From assembly GCA_043228905.1 (NCBI GenBank), contig JBHGNT010000012.1, positions 21,204,001-21,268,000 of the forward strand: a stretch of 64,000 nucleotides of DNA, written 5' to 3'. The translations under genes were made by a program, and so were the position numbers. Under the pieces are notes generated by a model. The model was not told the DNA's origin. It did no database searches and worked only from the letters and a program-made list of their open reading frames with translations. Shown here one piece after another: positions 11,419-23,700 of the stretch. The stretch is from Azolla caroliniana (lineage: Eukaryota > Plantae > Polypodiophyta). How positions within the stretch are numbered: position 1 is the stretch's first letter; the number at the start of each line of letters is the position of its first letter.

Positions 11419-14400
11419 TCAAACTGTATAAGATTGCTGGATGGTATTGATATCCAGTCCTTTCAGCCTCACAACTGATTCCACGTGCCCCTTCAAGGTG
11501 TTCAATTCTCTCAACCTGTTTCAAACAGAAATTATAAGCATCAGAGTCGGAATATAATTAACGGCATGCCAATCACCATAGCCATAACAGTGACCAAGAC
11601 TGTTCATAATACAGAATATCCTTAACTCACACACCTTGCTATCTCAGCACGTCTTTTGGCTTGTTCAGCTATCTCTGTCAATTCATAGTAACTGCTCCTA
11701 TCCGAGAACATTTTGCTTGGCTCCGGAGGCTGTAGACCATGCAATGTTCTTTGAGCTTGCGCCCACTGTGCCTCTCTCGCTTCCTTTCCGTAATCCTTTT
11801 GGCTCGTGAATGCAATCTGACATACAACGCCATCAAAAATAAGCGTTAGAGTCTCGTCCACAATTTAAATTGAAACTGAATTGGAAGAAATCAATGAATC
11901 AAGAAAAAACTTTATCCATTTCACACAATTCCATCCATTTTTACCTTTCGTTCAATGAGATTATTCCATGCTTTTCCACTCAAAACGTATCGGACAGCAA
12001 ACTTGATGATATCCAATGGGAGGTAAGTTATAATGCTAAATAGCCAGATAACTCCAGCCCATCCCCAGCCAATGCCTCTAATATTAGCAAATCCCCATGT
12101 TGCATACACAGCTAGAAGGGTTGCAACCTATAACCAAAAAAGAAAGCTTATAACATTTCGACTTTATCATAACAGAACACACCCTAAAAACTTAATGAAC
12201 CCTAACCCTAAACTTGAACATACACACATTACTAGCATACATGCATTACTTGGGCACTTGAAAGACTTCACACAGCATACAAACATTCCCCTGAACCCAA
12301 AAGCTTGAATAAACACATCATTTGTAACGTGTCAAATATGTGCCACAGACTAAACCCAAAGCCCTAAACTTAAATATACATGCATACCAGTTCAGCAATA
12401 ACAAAGGGTTGAGTCTTTAACACAAACGCATCTCACCAAACACTAAACCCCATACGGACCATTATTTGTAATATATAAATTTCAGCAGTAACAAATGGGT
12501 CAAGACTTGACAAAAAAGCATATGAACAAACCCTAGACCCTAAACATGGATAAACGCACATTCCTTGTAATACGATACATACCAGTTGGGCAATAATAAA
12601 AGCAATCATTAATAGTAGTCCAGGACGCTCCACAAATGACCAGCTTCGGGACCTTGTCACAAAAATGAGTGCTTGACTTATAATGCTCACTTGCAAGTAT
12701 ACTGCGGCTGTAAGTTGGCTGTTACTCCAACTTATATCTCGGACATGGAAGTGTCGCTGTGATTTTAGGAAACGCAATTCATTAGGAAAAACTTTCTTTG
12801 GATCTTAGAAAGGACCTAATAATAAAGTGCAGAAATGTGTGCAATTCCCACCCCAGCTATTTGGAACCCCAATTGGAAATAAATAAAAACACTTACGGGG
12901 AAAAAATCTGTCTTATGCGCAGCCCAGAAGAAAAGAACTGTCATAAGTGCAAGGTAAGTTCCAAGAACGACACCAGTGGCAAAAATTTCCTTCAGCTTCC
13001 AGCTATCTGGTAATGGAGAAGGTTTGACTCGATCCTTCGATATAGTCATGATGGTGCCTGGCAAAAAGAAAAAACATTGTGTAAGATACAATTCCTTGGT
13101 TGGATACATCCAGCATCATAGCTAGATTTATCGACATCCATCTCTCTATCTATCTATCTATCAACCTATCCATCTATATACACATATATTCTATTAAGTG
13201 TGACACACATAAAAATGCACACACTTACCATCGTTCAATATGGCAATAATAAGAACCATGAAAGGAGAGAAGTCGAACTTCCAAATTAGTGCAAGAAGCA
13301 GAAAACCAACCTGCACACATGCACGCAATCCATAAATGGAGAACACGCTTTTTTGAGACAAAGTTCACTTGAGAAACCAAATCTTTTCCTTACCACAATA
13401 CGGATGGTAATGGAGACAGCATATATCTGTGACAAAAATGTACAAATTTGAGTTCTAGTTCATATACAATATATACTATGTAATCCACACGTAGTATAGG
13501 GAAGACACAAAAAGTGCAGAAGTCATTCCATCATTGACTCATATTTCATTGCTTAATATTCACATAACCTCACAAAAAAGAGGACATGGACCTTCCTAAA
13601 GAGATTTTTGTTTTTAAAAAAGAACAGATATCCATAACAAAGACAAAAAAACTTCTTACAGTGTAGTTCTTCATCCTTTGAAATATAGCACGGCTTGTAA
13701 GGACAGCACTAATAATGACACTCAATCCAGGCTCAGTTAGCACAATATCTGATGCACTTCTTGCAGCATCTGTTGCATCAGAAACCGCGATACCTATATC
13801 GGCTTTCTTTAGTGCAGGAGCATCATTCACACCATCACCAGTCATACCACAAATGTGTTTCTTCTCTTGTAGACGTTTTACTATCTCGTATTTGTGTTCT
13901 ACCCAAGCAAAAAACAATGAACCATTTCAAAAATGTCATTAACTTTGTATCTCTCTATATATAAGAGTGAGAGAGCGAATCATATCAAGATTCGATGACA
14001 AAAAAAAGATGAAAAAGATCAATGGAAAAAAAAGAAACCTGGAAAGACTCCAGCAAATCCATCAGCCTTCTCAATGAGTTCATCAATGGGGAGAGATGCG
14101 ATTGATTCATCTTTATGCTGGCCTAATAATGATGATGATGGATACATGTTGGTTCCCATACCAAGTCTTCGCCCAGTCTCTTTTGCAATAGCTAGCTGGT
14201 CACCTGGTTTACAAGAAGTAACATTAGCAATAACAATAAAAGAAAAAACTAACGAGAATTTAACCAAAAACAATGAGATGAATTAGCTTCTTTTGGTTAA
14301 TCAACCCAGTGCTCATTTGTTCACATTCTTGACGAAAGTACTGAAATTATACTATGTCTGATTACCTAAAAGAACATGACCTTCTATTAGAACACTGCTT

Positions 14401-17400
14401 AAAACTTCCATGGGTGTTACTAAAATTCCCAAAATGCCCTATTTTTTGGAGGGGGTATATCTATGCATTTGGACATGGATATGCTTTTCAATAATCTCAT
14501 TATATGATATTATTATTACCAGTAATCATTTTCACATTTACTCCCAAGTTCAAAGCTTGCCGGATTGTCTCAGCACTGTCATGGCGAGGCGGGTCAAAGA
14601 GAGGCAATATTCCAACAAATTGCCAAGGTCCTCCCTCGCTCTCTTTGCTCTTTTCGGGCACTTCCTGATCACATATTAAACAATTAAAGGTAAATTTAAC
14701 ATAATAAACCACGATTGAAATATCTTTCACAGCTTTTATCAATTTACAATTTTTACAACCACTCAGAAGAAAAGTAAAAAAGTTCACAAACCCATGCAAT
14801 GAATGAGATTTAGCTTAGCTCAACTCCGTTTTGAATTGTTAGGGTCTTTACAAATTTGACCAGACATTACATTGAGATCCTCGAGGGATCAACCACCAAC
14901 CTGTCGAGCAACGGCCAATGAACGGAGACCCCTCTCAGCAAACTTCTCGATAACAGCATGCGCTCTCCCCTCAATTTCTGATCGGTTGTGAGCCAATGCA
15001 ATCATCTAGAAAATTCACATGAAGAAAATTCTGAAAACCAAACAACATGCATGTGTATATAGAAGGCCCAAAAAAAAACTAACTCAAAAAGACAAAGTAA
15101 CATATACTGTAGAATAAATTAAAAAATCTTAGGCTACCAAAAGAAACATTTGCTATAAGAAAGAATAAAAATCAGAAAAGAGCTCAGTTAACTTATAAAC
15201 GCTACCTGCTCAGGAGCACCTTTGCTCGCCCTATGCCATTTACCATGGGCATCAATATATGTTAGAGCTGTCCGTTTGTCATTGGGATTGAATGGAAGAA
15301 AATGTACTTCTGTTACATTGGCACGGGCCTGAAATTTCATGAACAAAGAAGAAGAAAAAACTAACACGTTTTTTTAAACTGCATACATTTTTAAATCTAA
15401 AAGCATATTTTTGCTGACAGTAAAATGTATAGATTATTTTTCTTATTGAAATTAAGTGATCCATTTTAAGTTGCAATTTTTTACCTCCTTCGGATCAGCT
15501 AACATGCCAACAATGGCCGTGTCAATAGCATCTTGATTCTCTGTCCTTGAGGCTCTTGCTGCGAGAAGTACTACCAAATCCTTATCTACTCCTTTACCAA
15601 ACACCTGTAAATGTGGAGCCAAAGCCTCATTACAAATTTGACGAGATAAAGCATTTCTTATAAAAATGTAGAATATAATATTAACAATTAGATTTTTTTA
15701 AGCTTGCCTCGATTAGATTTTTATCCACTGTAAGTTTATTCAGAGTCAAAGTTCCAGTCTTATCACTGCACAAAACGTCCATTCCTGCCATTTCTTCAAT
15801 AGCAGTCATTCTCTTTGTAATAGCACCCTGGGCACAAGTACAGTAAAACCAGATTACTAACATGCAAAAAAGACTTTATCAAGTAACTTTTCCAATCATA
15901 TAATATGAATATATATTACCTGCTGAGAAAGACGGTGAGATCCGATAGCCATAGTCACAGAAAGGACTGTGGGCATAGCTATCGGAATTCCTCCAATAAG
16001 TAAGACCAATAGATTGTTGATTCCATCTCTATAAGCTCTGTGTTGTATGGGGTACATGACAATAATCTCGATAACAATTCCGATCGCAATCGAGCAGATG
16101 CAAAAATTACCGATAGCAGTCAAAACCTAAAAAAAAGAACATAACGCACTCACATGAATTCACAACACCCAAGCATAAGAAAAGACAACGTGATAACTTG
16201 GATAATAGAAACAGAGAACCATATAGCAATTATATGCTTCTAATGAAAATAGGATGGTGGTGGTAGGTTACCTTCTGGAAATGACCAACTTGATTAGTTG
16301 AATCAACAAGATGAGCAGCTTTTCCGAAAAAGGTATGGACACCAGTGGCGATAACCACAGCTTCTAGTTCCCCTTGCTTACATGTTGAGCCAGAGAACAC
16401 CTCATCTCCAGGTTTCTTTGTCACTGGTAGTGACTCGCCCGTCAACGCAGACTGTAATGAAGTTGAATGTCAAAGGAAGTAGAAGCAAAACATGATTCAC
16501 AAATACAATCAATAACCGAATGTGAATCACGATTATAATCAACAGCATGCAAATCACAAAACCCAGGTTCAAGCCTTATCAAAGATGTCTGTAAGGGTAA
16601 GCCAGGATTCGTAGGTCTATGTATCTAAACAATAGCTATTTGAGACTGTGCTGACCCCAATTTGATGATGTTGATTGGGTACCAAGAGAATGAGATAGTG
16701 TTCACCTCCCATAACATTGCATAGCATGCATTGCTCTCATAATTGAGTAGGTTTATTTGCTTTTATTGCTTCATTGACTCTTACATATCTTTGAGTGTTC
16801 ACACTAACATATCCACCCACAAAATCTAACCTGAAACCTAGCTTGGTATTATCTAGCTTGTTCAGTCCTTATGGTTCTGCGTATAGACAATCTTATACCT
16901 GATCAATCTTTAGTGGATCACCCTCCAACAATCTAGCATCAGCAGAAACAATATCACCCAATTTGATACTGATTATATCTCCCGGAACAAGTATTGCCGC
17001 ATCCTGTTCACTCCACTGACCATCGCGAAGAACCTGAAGCAAGCAATTGCACGTTGAATAACAAAACCTTATATATGTTTCTTATTAAAACTCCACACAA
17101 CCCATCTTTTGAGCAAAGCTAAAGAGTGAACAGAAATCCAACCTTAGTTTTTGGTGCTAGTTTAGCCATAAGCGCAGCTGCTGCATTTCCAGCATTGTTT
17201 TCTTCAATAAAGGATATGGTCGAGTTTATCACTAGCAAGACCATAATTCCAACAAAATCTTCCCAATCTGGGGGTGCTTTCTGTATATGTAAAAGAAAAT
17301 TAGGAGATTTCAAACAAGCCAAAAAACCTTTCAGATTCTATACAAATAAAAAATTCACATGTGGTGGTGAATACATACTTTTCCCTTCTCTTTCCCATTA

Positions 17401-18714
17401 GCCAATGCAATAGCCATGATTGCAGCAGCTTCCATGACCCATGAGAGAGGATTCCACATAAAACCAAGGAACTTGAGAATTTTGCTTTCCTGGAGAACAA
17501 TTAATAACACATCCATAAGTTACACCGTAACAGGCAACAGTATTGAGCTAAATCTAGCTCCCTAACTAGCAATTACATCATTACATGCTTCAGGGGCTAA
17601 ACCTTGTTAATCCAGCAAACACTAATTCTAGTTAGTCAGAATTAGTGTTTGCCAGATTAACTAGGTTAAGCCCCTGAAGCATAGAAATTGGGGTTTTTCC
17701 TCCCAAGTATGAAACCATTAATCCTCAATGCTTGCGAAATTTATATGATAGGTACACTCAAGGGCAAAGTTGCGCATTACATGGCCGGGCTATGCATGGA
17801 TATATGGGTTGTGCTATGCAAGGATAGATGTTTGTTCGGCTATGTTATGCATAGATGGATATGTTGAGCTATGTTATGCATGGATGTAAGTATGTATTTT
17901 CGGCCTCTACCATACTATTTAACTCGTTCGACCAAATTGGTGGGTAGGAAGGGGATGGATACGGGTGCCTACAAGCAAACGAAGTTCTTTTCTAGGTGAT
18001 ATATGATAGGATATGCCTGGTTGGATGCGTTCTGTCATTCTGTTCATGGATATGAGTGAATTCCATGTGTAAAATCCACGTTACACCCGGGAGGATATGC
18101 TGGGATATGCCATACTGTGTTAGGATGGACGTGTTGGGATATGCTATGCTATGCTATGGAGGGACCTGTGCCAATCAAGCATTATAAGAAAAAGAAGGGT
18201 TTTTAAGAGTATGCATGGATGGATGTGTTTAAAATTGAGTATGAGGGGCTTTAAAGAGTATTGATACAAAAACCCTTCTCTTCCAGAACCCTAATACCCT
18301 GTGGATAGCTCAAAATTAAAATTGTAAGAAAGGAGAACCGATAGATTTATGATCCTCTTACAGATTTCTCTTCAAGTTTATTAAACCCAAAAATCTTGAG
18401 GCGACTCTCTCCTTCCTCTGTGGTCAAACCTTCTTTGGTGCATCGTAGTTGCTCAAAAACTTCCTCAATAGGTATTCTTTCCTGGAAAAGAAGCAAGAAG
18501 AAGAGTTCAGAATTTCCATATAACCACCATACAACACAAAACAGAAGGCCATAGTGAGAGCAAGAAAATCAATAGAAATGGGGGGGGGGGGGGGGAATAA
18601 AGGGGGAGAAAATTCAGTTCCGAGGTGGGTTTTTATTCGATTGCCGGGTAGTATAATTACCAAATCCACGGTTTCTTTATTAAGGGCCTCGAGGCCAAGC
18701 GTTTTCTCATCCAT
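11419..18714 (-). CDS. AHA: P3A plasma-membrane H+-ATPase, 21 coding exons, 957 aa
   Basis: Exons (minus): 18714-18661, 18481-18362, 17489-17379, 17280-17143, 17033-16899, 16451-16272, 16126-15920, 15827-15708, 15604-15485, 15328-15206, 15005-14901, 14664-14520, 14203-14039, 13898-13660, 13426-13394, 13310-13229, 13057-12897, 12756-12583, 12127-11945, 11816-11635, 11515-11419. They sum to 2874 nt with consistent phases. Motifs [30 protein letters not shown] and C-terminal ...QQSYTV (penultimate Thr, 14-3-3 site). Confidence 0.97.
17585..17682. repeat. 98-bp near-perfect inverted repeat in AHA intron 2
   Basis: 45-bp arms (17585-17629 and 17638-17682), 41/45 complementary, 8-nt loop. Confidence 0.9.
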
Positions 18715-18814
18715 GGCTGGAGCTCGAGGAGGGAACAAACGGAAGATAGGGGGGTTTTATTTTTTTTAGGGGGGGATTTGCAGAAAGAAAGAGAAGAAGG
18801 GGGAAGCTGGAGAG

Positions 18815-18835
18815 CTAAATTTGGGAGAGGAACAT
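18815..18835 (-). promoter_or_regulatory. Short uORF (MFLSQI*) in the CT-rich AHA 5' leader
   Basis: gccATG TTC CTC TCC CAA ATT TAG, 100 nt upstream of the main ATG and downstream of a TATATATA tract (~18970-18979). TSS is inferred. Confidence 0.6.
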
Positions 18836-19060
18836 GGCAGAGCAAGGCAGCAGGAAGAGAGAGAGAGAGGCAGGGAGGGAGGGAGAGAAGATAAAAGAAA
18901 AGGAAGGGGGGAAGACAGACAGAGAGAGAGAGGCGTATGGATAAAGAAGCTCTGATTACCAGTATACGCTATATATATACATACATACATACATACATTA
19001 TAGATTTTATATGTATGTATATATAAATGTATATGTCTGTGTCTGTGTGGGACTGTGGAG

Positions 19061-19810
19061 CAGGGGAAGCAGGGGAAACAGGGGAAGCAGAGGAAACAGG
19101 GGAAGGAAGCGGAGCGCCGTCCAAACTGACGGCGCCCCCCCCCCGTCATCTCTGACGCCCCGCCGTCAACGTGGGCGTCTTCTGGCCCCCCAGTCAACTG
19201 TTTTTCCTAGCTTTTTTGGGCTGACCCTTTCTTTTCCTTCTTCCTTCTCCTTTTTTTTCTTGCTTTTTTTTTGGGGGGGGGCTCTCTCTCTCTCTCTCTT
19301 TGCTTTCTTGCTTTCTTGCTTTTTCGCCTTTTTGCTTTTTTGCTTTTTTGCTTTTTTCTTTTGGGGAAGGGTCCTATGGTTCCTCCTCCTCCTCCTCCTC
19401 TTCTTCTTCTTCTTCTTCTTCTTCTTCTTCTTCTTCTTCTTCTTGGTGTTCCCCTCTTCCCTCTTTCAGTTCTCTTATGTGTCCACCACCACCACGCCCA
19501 TTGAAATGGAATCGATAGAGAACGATCGAAACGGATAACGAGAGACAACTGATCGACGACGACAACTGGACGCCCACGAAAACGAGGCTAGTTCAATTAC
19601 ATGAGTGGAGGAGGGGGGGGGGGGGGGGGGGTATGGGGGGAGAGTTCAAACGAAAAGAGAAGAAAAAGTATCACAAAGGATACTCTCTCTCTCTCTCTCC
19701 CTTTGCTTGCTTGTCTAGATAAGGACGTGCTTAAAGACACACTTTTAAAATGTGTGTGTATGTGTGTGTGTGCGTGCGTGCGTGCATGCATGTGTTTATG
19801 TGTGTGTAAC
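19061..19810. repeat. Simple-repeat-rich AHA upstream region: (CAGGGGAAR)x5, (CT)n, (TCC)n(TTC)n, poly-G, (TG)n
   Basis: Seen directly; it explains the poly-F/R/E/S spurious ORFs at 19011-19858. Confidence 0.9.
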
Positions 19811-20799
19811 ACTTTGGACCATAGGGAGAGATGTCTTCAATCTACAGTATCAGCCTAGATTCTCACCGACCCATCGGTGCGTGATATTCTGTGTCGCAAC
19901 TCCTCCCTTGGGAGAGAGATTCTTCTTCTTGTTTAGTGGTACATATATTATTAGCCTAGAGTCGCCTAGACCCATACGTGACACACAAAATTGCACCTCG
20001 ATAATCCTATTATATCTATAACACCGAGAGGTCAACCACCATTAATATGTATGTTGTAATTAGGATCAATCACGAGATCAATGATCGGTATAAAAAGTTG
20101 TTACTCCTTATCACTTTGTGATTCATGATGGTTTTGGTGTTTATGATATTAAAGTGAATAACAATTATTAATCTCTTACAACGAAATTGATTATATAAAT
20201 AAGGACGGTAATCATAGATCGCATTAAGATGCAACAAAGGTTTGTATAGGTCAGCCTTTTTTCATTACCGAGGTCAAAATATCGGTATTTTCTAAAATAT
20301 TGAGGATTGTGGGTGATATTAGGCAAATATGCATTGTAAGACTAAGAAAGCAATTTACATTTTAAAGAAATGGCTTATTATTTGCGAGTTGGCTATATGC
20401 ATTTGTCCATTGTGATAGATGTGGTCTTGTTGTACGTGATTTCCACATAGTATATGAGGGAGGATATCGACACTATAAGTGTGGACATAGAAACCTCCCT
20501 TTTCTTCTCCTACTATATGTTTGTTGCCACCACTTTTATAAAGAAGATCGTGTGGATAAAATCAGGCCTAAAAGTGCTCGAGCATATATATATATACGTA
20601 TCGTAGCTTTGGGCCATCCTCAAAAGTTCACATAAATGACTCATTGAAGAATATGAGCCCGTTAAACATAATGAATTGAAGCTTGTCTAGTTTGTGTGAT
20701 GTCTATTCAGATCGGCCAAGTAACCATGATTAACTACTATTTTTTGAATTGACGCCTTGTGAGTTGCATACTAATTAATATTAGCTTTCTCATTCACTT

Positions 20800-23700
20800 T
20801 GTCTCACAAGATGTATCGTGTGTGACCCCATAGAAGGGAAATACCCTCCATTTTGTGTGTGCATGTGAACATTCTTCAAAACAAATAAATAAATACGTTG
20901 TAAAGCCGTATATTATTGACTCCAAAGTATTGGATCTTCTTAAAGTCATGACAATTCGATGCACATATTCCATATTTTGATCGTTTTTCGTACGCAAATC
21001 TACGCTTCTGTTGATGCATTGGAATCTAGGAGGATAATTAAGGTACCTTTCTCCATTTATCATTCATTAAAGAGCTAACTATTTAACATGGATATCATCG
21101 TATGCCATGCGGTCACTTAAATTAAGTATCTCGATGTATTTCCATTGCAAGCTACCCGTAGCGGTCCTACAAGTCATGGTTGGGTTATGTTATAAAGTAT
21201 TTGTTTATTCATGCAATCTTTGGTTCCTTGTGTCATTGCGCATATACAACATTAACACATTATTTTCTTAAAACGTTTCATTTTCCATGTCTAGGTTGTT
21301 AGTCTCCCTTACATCGAATGGATAATACTTGTTTTCTATACGGTAAGTGATATTGCGGTGTGACCCATAAATATTGTTGGTCTCGCTCCCAATAGTTGAA
21401 ATCTTTAGAATATGAGAGGAACTTGAAAAATTTCCACTCACATCTGTCAAAAATGGAAATACATCTCCTTTCCCCTTATATAGTATTGTTTTAGCATCTC
21501 GCTTGTATTTATCGTCCTAATTGGAATGGGAAATCCAACAACTATGTTGCCAATCTCGCATGTCCTTTTCCAACATAATCTATGTTGGTCAAGTGAAACA
21601 CTTATCCTACCATAAGGTGTTTAATTCAACCATTTTGTTAGTACATCATTCGTGCGGATGTAGACCCATCAACTCAAGATTTGAATTTCCCAAGCTTCAC
21701 AAACCTCTTTTCAATGGTGTACCATCTATTTATTCCAAACTTCTAGCTAGGCTTGTCTTTCGCATCATCCCATGATTTGTTATATTAGTGTAATCAAAGT
21801 AATAAGCTCCTGGCTATCACAAGTTATTGCTTGTTAATATTCATTGCATAATAGAAGAACAAATTCGCACACCGACGTTCCTTGTTAATGGTAGAGTAAC
21901 ATGTCCTTGTTATTTCTTAAAAAACCAAGGGTATACGTACCATGATTTAGAAACTAAGAACGGTAGGCTTCATAATATCCCTTACAAAAATCAAGGGGTA
22001 CTACAAATATTTCCTCTTTTGTTCATATGAAAATAGACATCAATTATTGTGGCTCTAAAATTGTGCTAAAGAAGGATTTTTATTAGAGATTTGGAGAGTG
22101 AATATTGCACGTGGATATACTCATTGTTCATGGGTCAGACAAACCAATATCGAGTAGAATTCCTTTCGAGGGATGACTGTTGTATAAGATCCTGCTTTCT
22201 GTATTAGCATACTTAATTTTCTTAATATTGTCACGTTTACCCTTGTTTGTTGTGCCTTTCATTTCTCCATCTTTTATGTTCTTTCCATTATTCCCGTTGT
22301 TATAACACAAATCTACATTTGCCATTCTTTTTTAATACTTTGACATTTGTCAATGCAGACAAGATTTGTGGTCTCCAAAGGCACCCATGCCTTTATTAAG
22401 TCGCAATATACCTAATTATATAACAATAAAGTAGTGTATGATTATCAAGTCTAGGCGAACAAATTTCCCCTCAATAATAGTGTATTTCTTTTCTCGCCCT
22501 TTAAATGTAACAAATTATTCCCCACTGATGCCCTTCCAAATTTGACCAACTACAAAATAAGCCTTTGGAAGTCAAGATTCTAAGCATAGACATGCACAAT
22601 GGACCTCTCCCCTATATGTAACCTAAATTCGGAATTCTCTTAACAAAGACATTGGGGAGTGCATGAGAAGAAGCCACCCATAGGAATGTCCTTCAATAGG
22701 TGTCTGTTGGCAATTCAATTAACATTGAAAAAGTAAACCTCAATGAAAAAAAGTAAGTTTTGATCCCTTCTATTATTTCATTCAATGATTGATTGAGACC
22801 TATACTAAATGGTAACTTTTGAATAATTCATGGCTACTTAATTGGGAAATATTCATAAATATGCTTGCAATATTTGAGTGATTCAAAAAACTAGGAACAA
22901 TGAGTGACTTTGGTTTAGTTAGTGAGCATCTATGGAGTCATTTAAGAGATCCATCTACTTTATTTATTATCTTACTGGATCAAAAGAAACAAAATTATAG
23001 AATATTGTTTGTTTGCTTGTATATAGACACGTTGTCGTTTCTACCCGTGAATTGAACTTTGTGGAAATCTATTTGTGTGAAAGAACTCCATAAAGGCTAA
23101 TTGTTCACTCAACATTAGAGGCAAAATTAAATGAGCCTTACAAAAAACAAACATATCCACTTTTACGTGGTAGAAGAAGATAATGTGTGCTAAACCACAA
23201 TATGAAAGCTTAGAGGATCTATATGGTAATAAGACACTTTCGTATACTGGTTAAACATTGCATTCCCTTGAACGTCTCTCAACACAGTGCATGTAAATTT
23301 GATTGGATGTTATCTAGGTTGCAATCCACAAAATATAAAATAATGTTGTTACAAGCACAATATTGACATGGAGCCAACAAATTCAATATACTTCAAATAA
23401 AACAAGCGTACTAAAGGTCACAATATGTAATCGATAATTGTGGACTCTTTAGTATCATGAAATTATCAGTTGTAGACTCACAACTTAACTTTGTCCCAAG
23501 TGGTATCTACTTCATGCTTATCTCAACTAAGATTATGGATCAAAGTCTCAAGCAATGTGACTCCAATGTTGCATTCACGATTAAACTCGGTCGTCATGTT
23601 TTTAGTTGAGATTCCTTGCACAAGCTTTGTGGATTTTGAGAGCAATATCAAACAACAACGTCAAATTCAAGCTCCCTAAAACACAACATCAGTCATGCAC

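Noticed and set aside
18766-20035. Poly-R/E/F/S and other ORFs upstream of AHA
   Set aside because: Microsatellite translations.
20794-22420. Possible gypsy RNase H/integrase remnants on the minus strand
   Set aside because: Motif-like hits fall in an inconsistent order; cannot be called separately.
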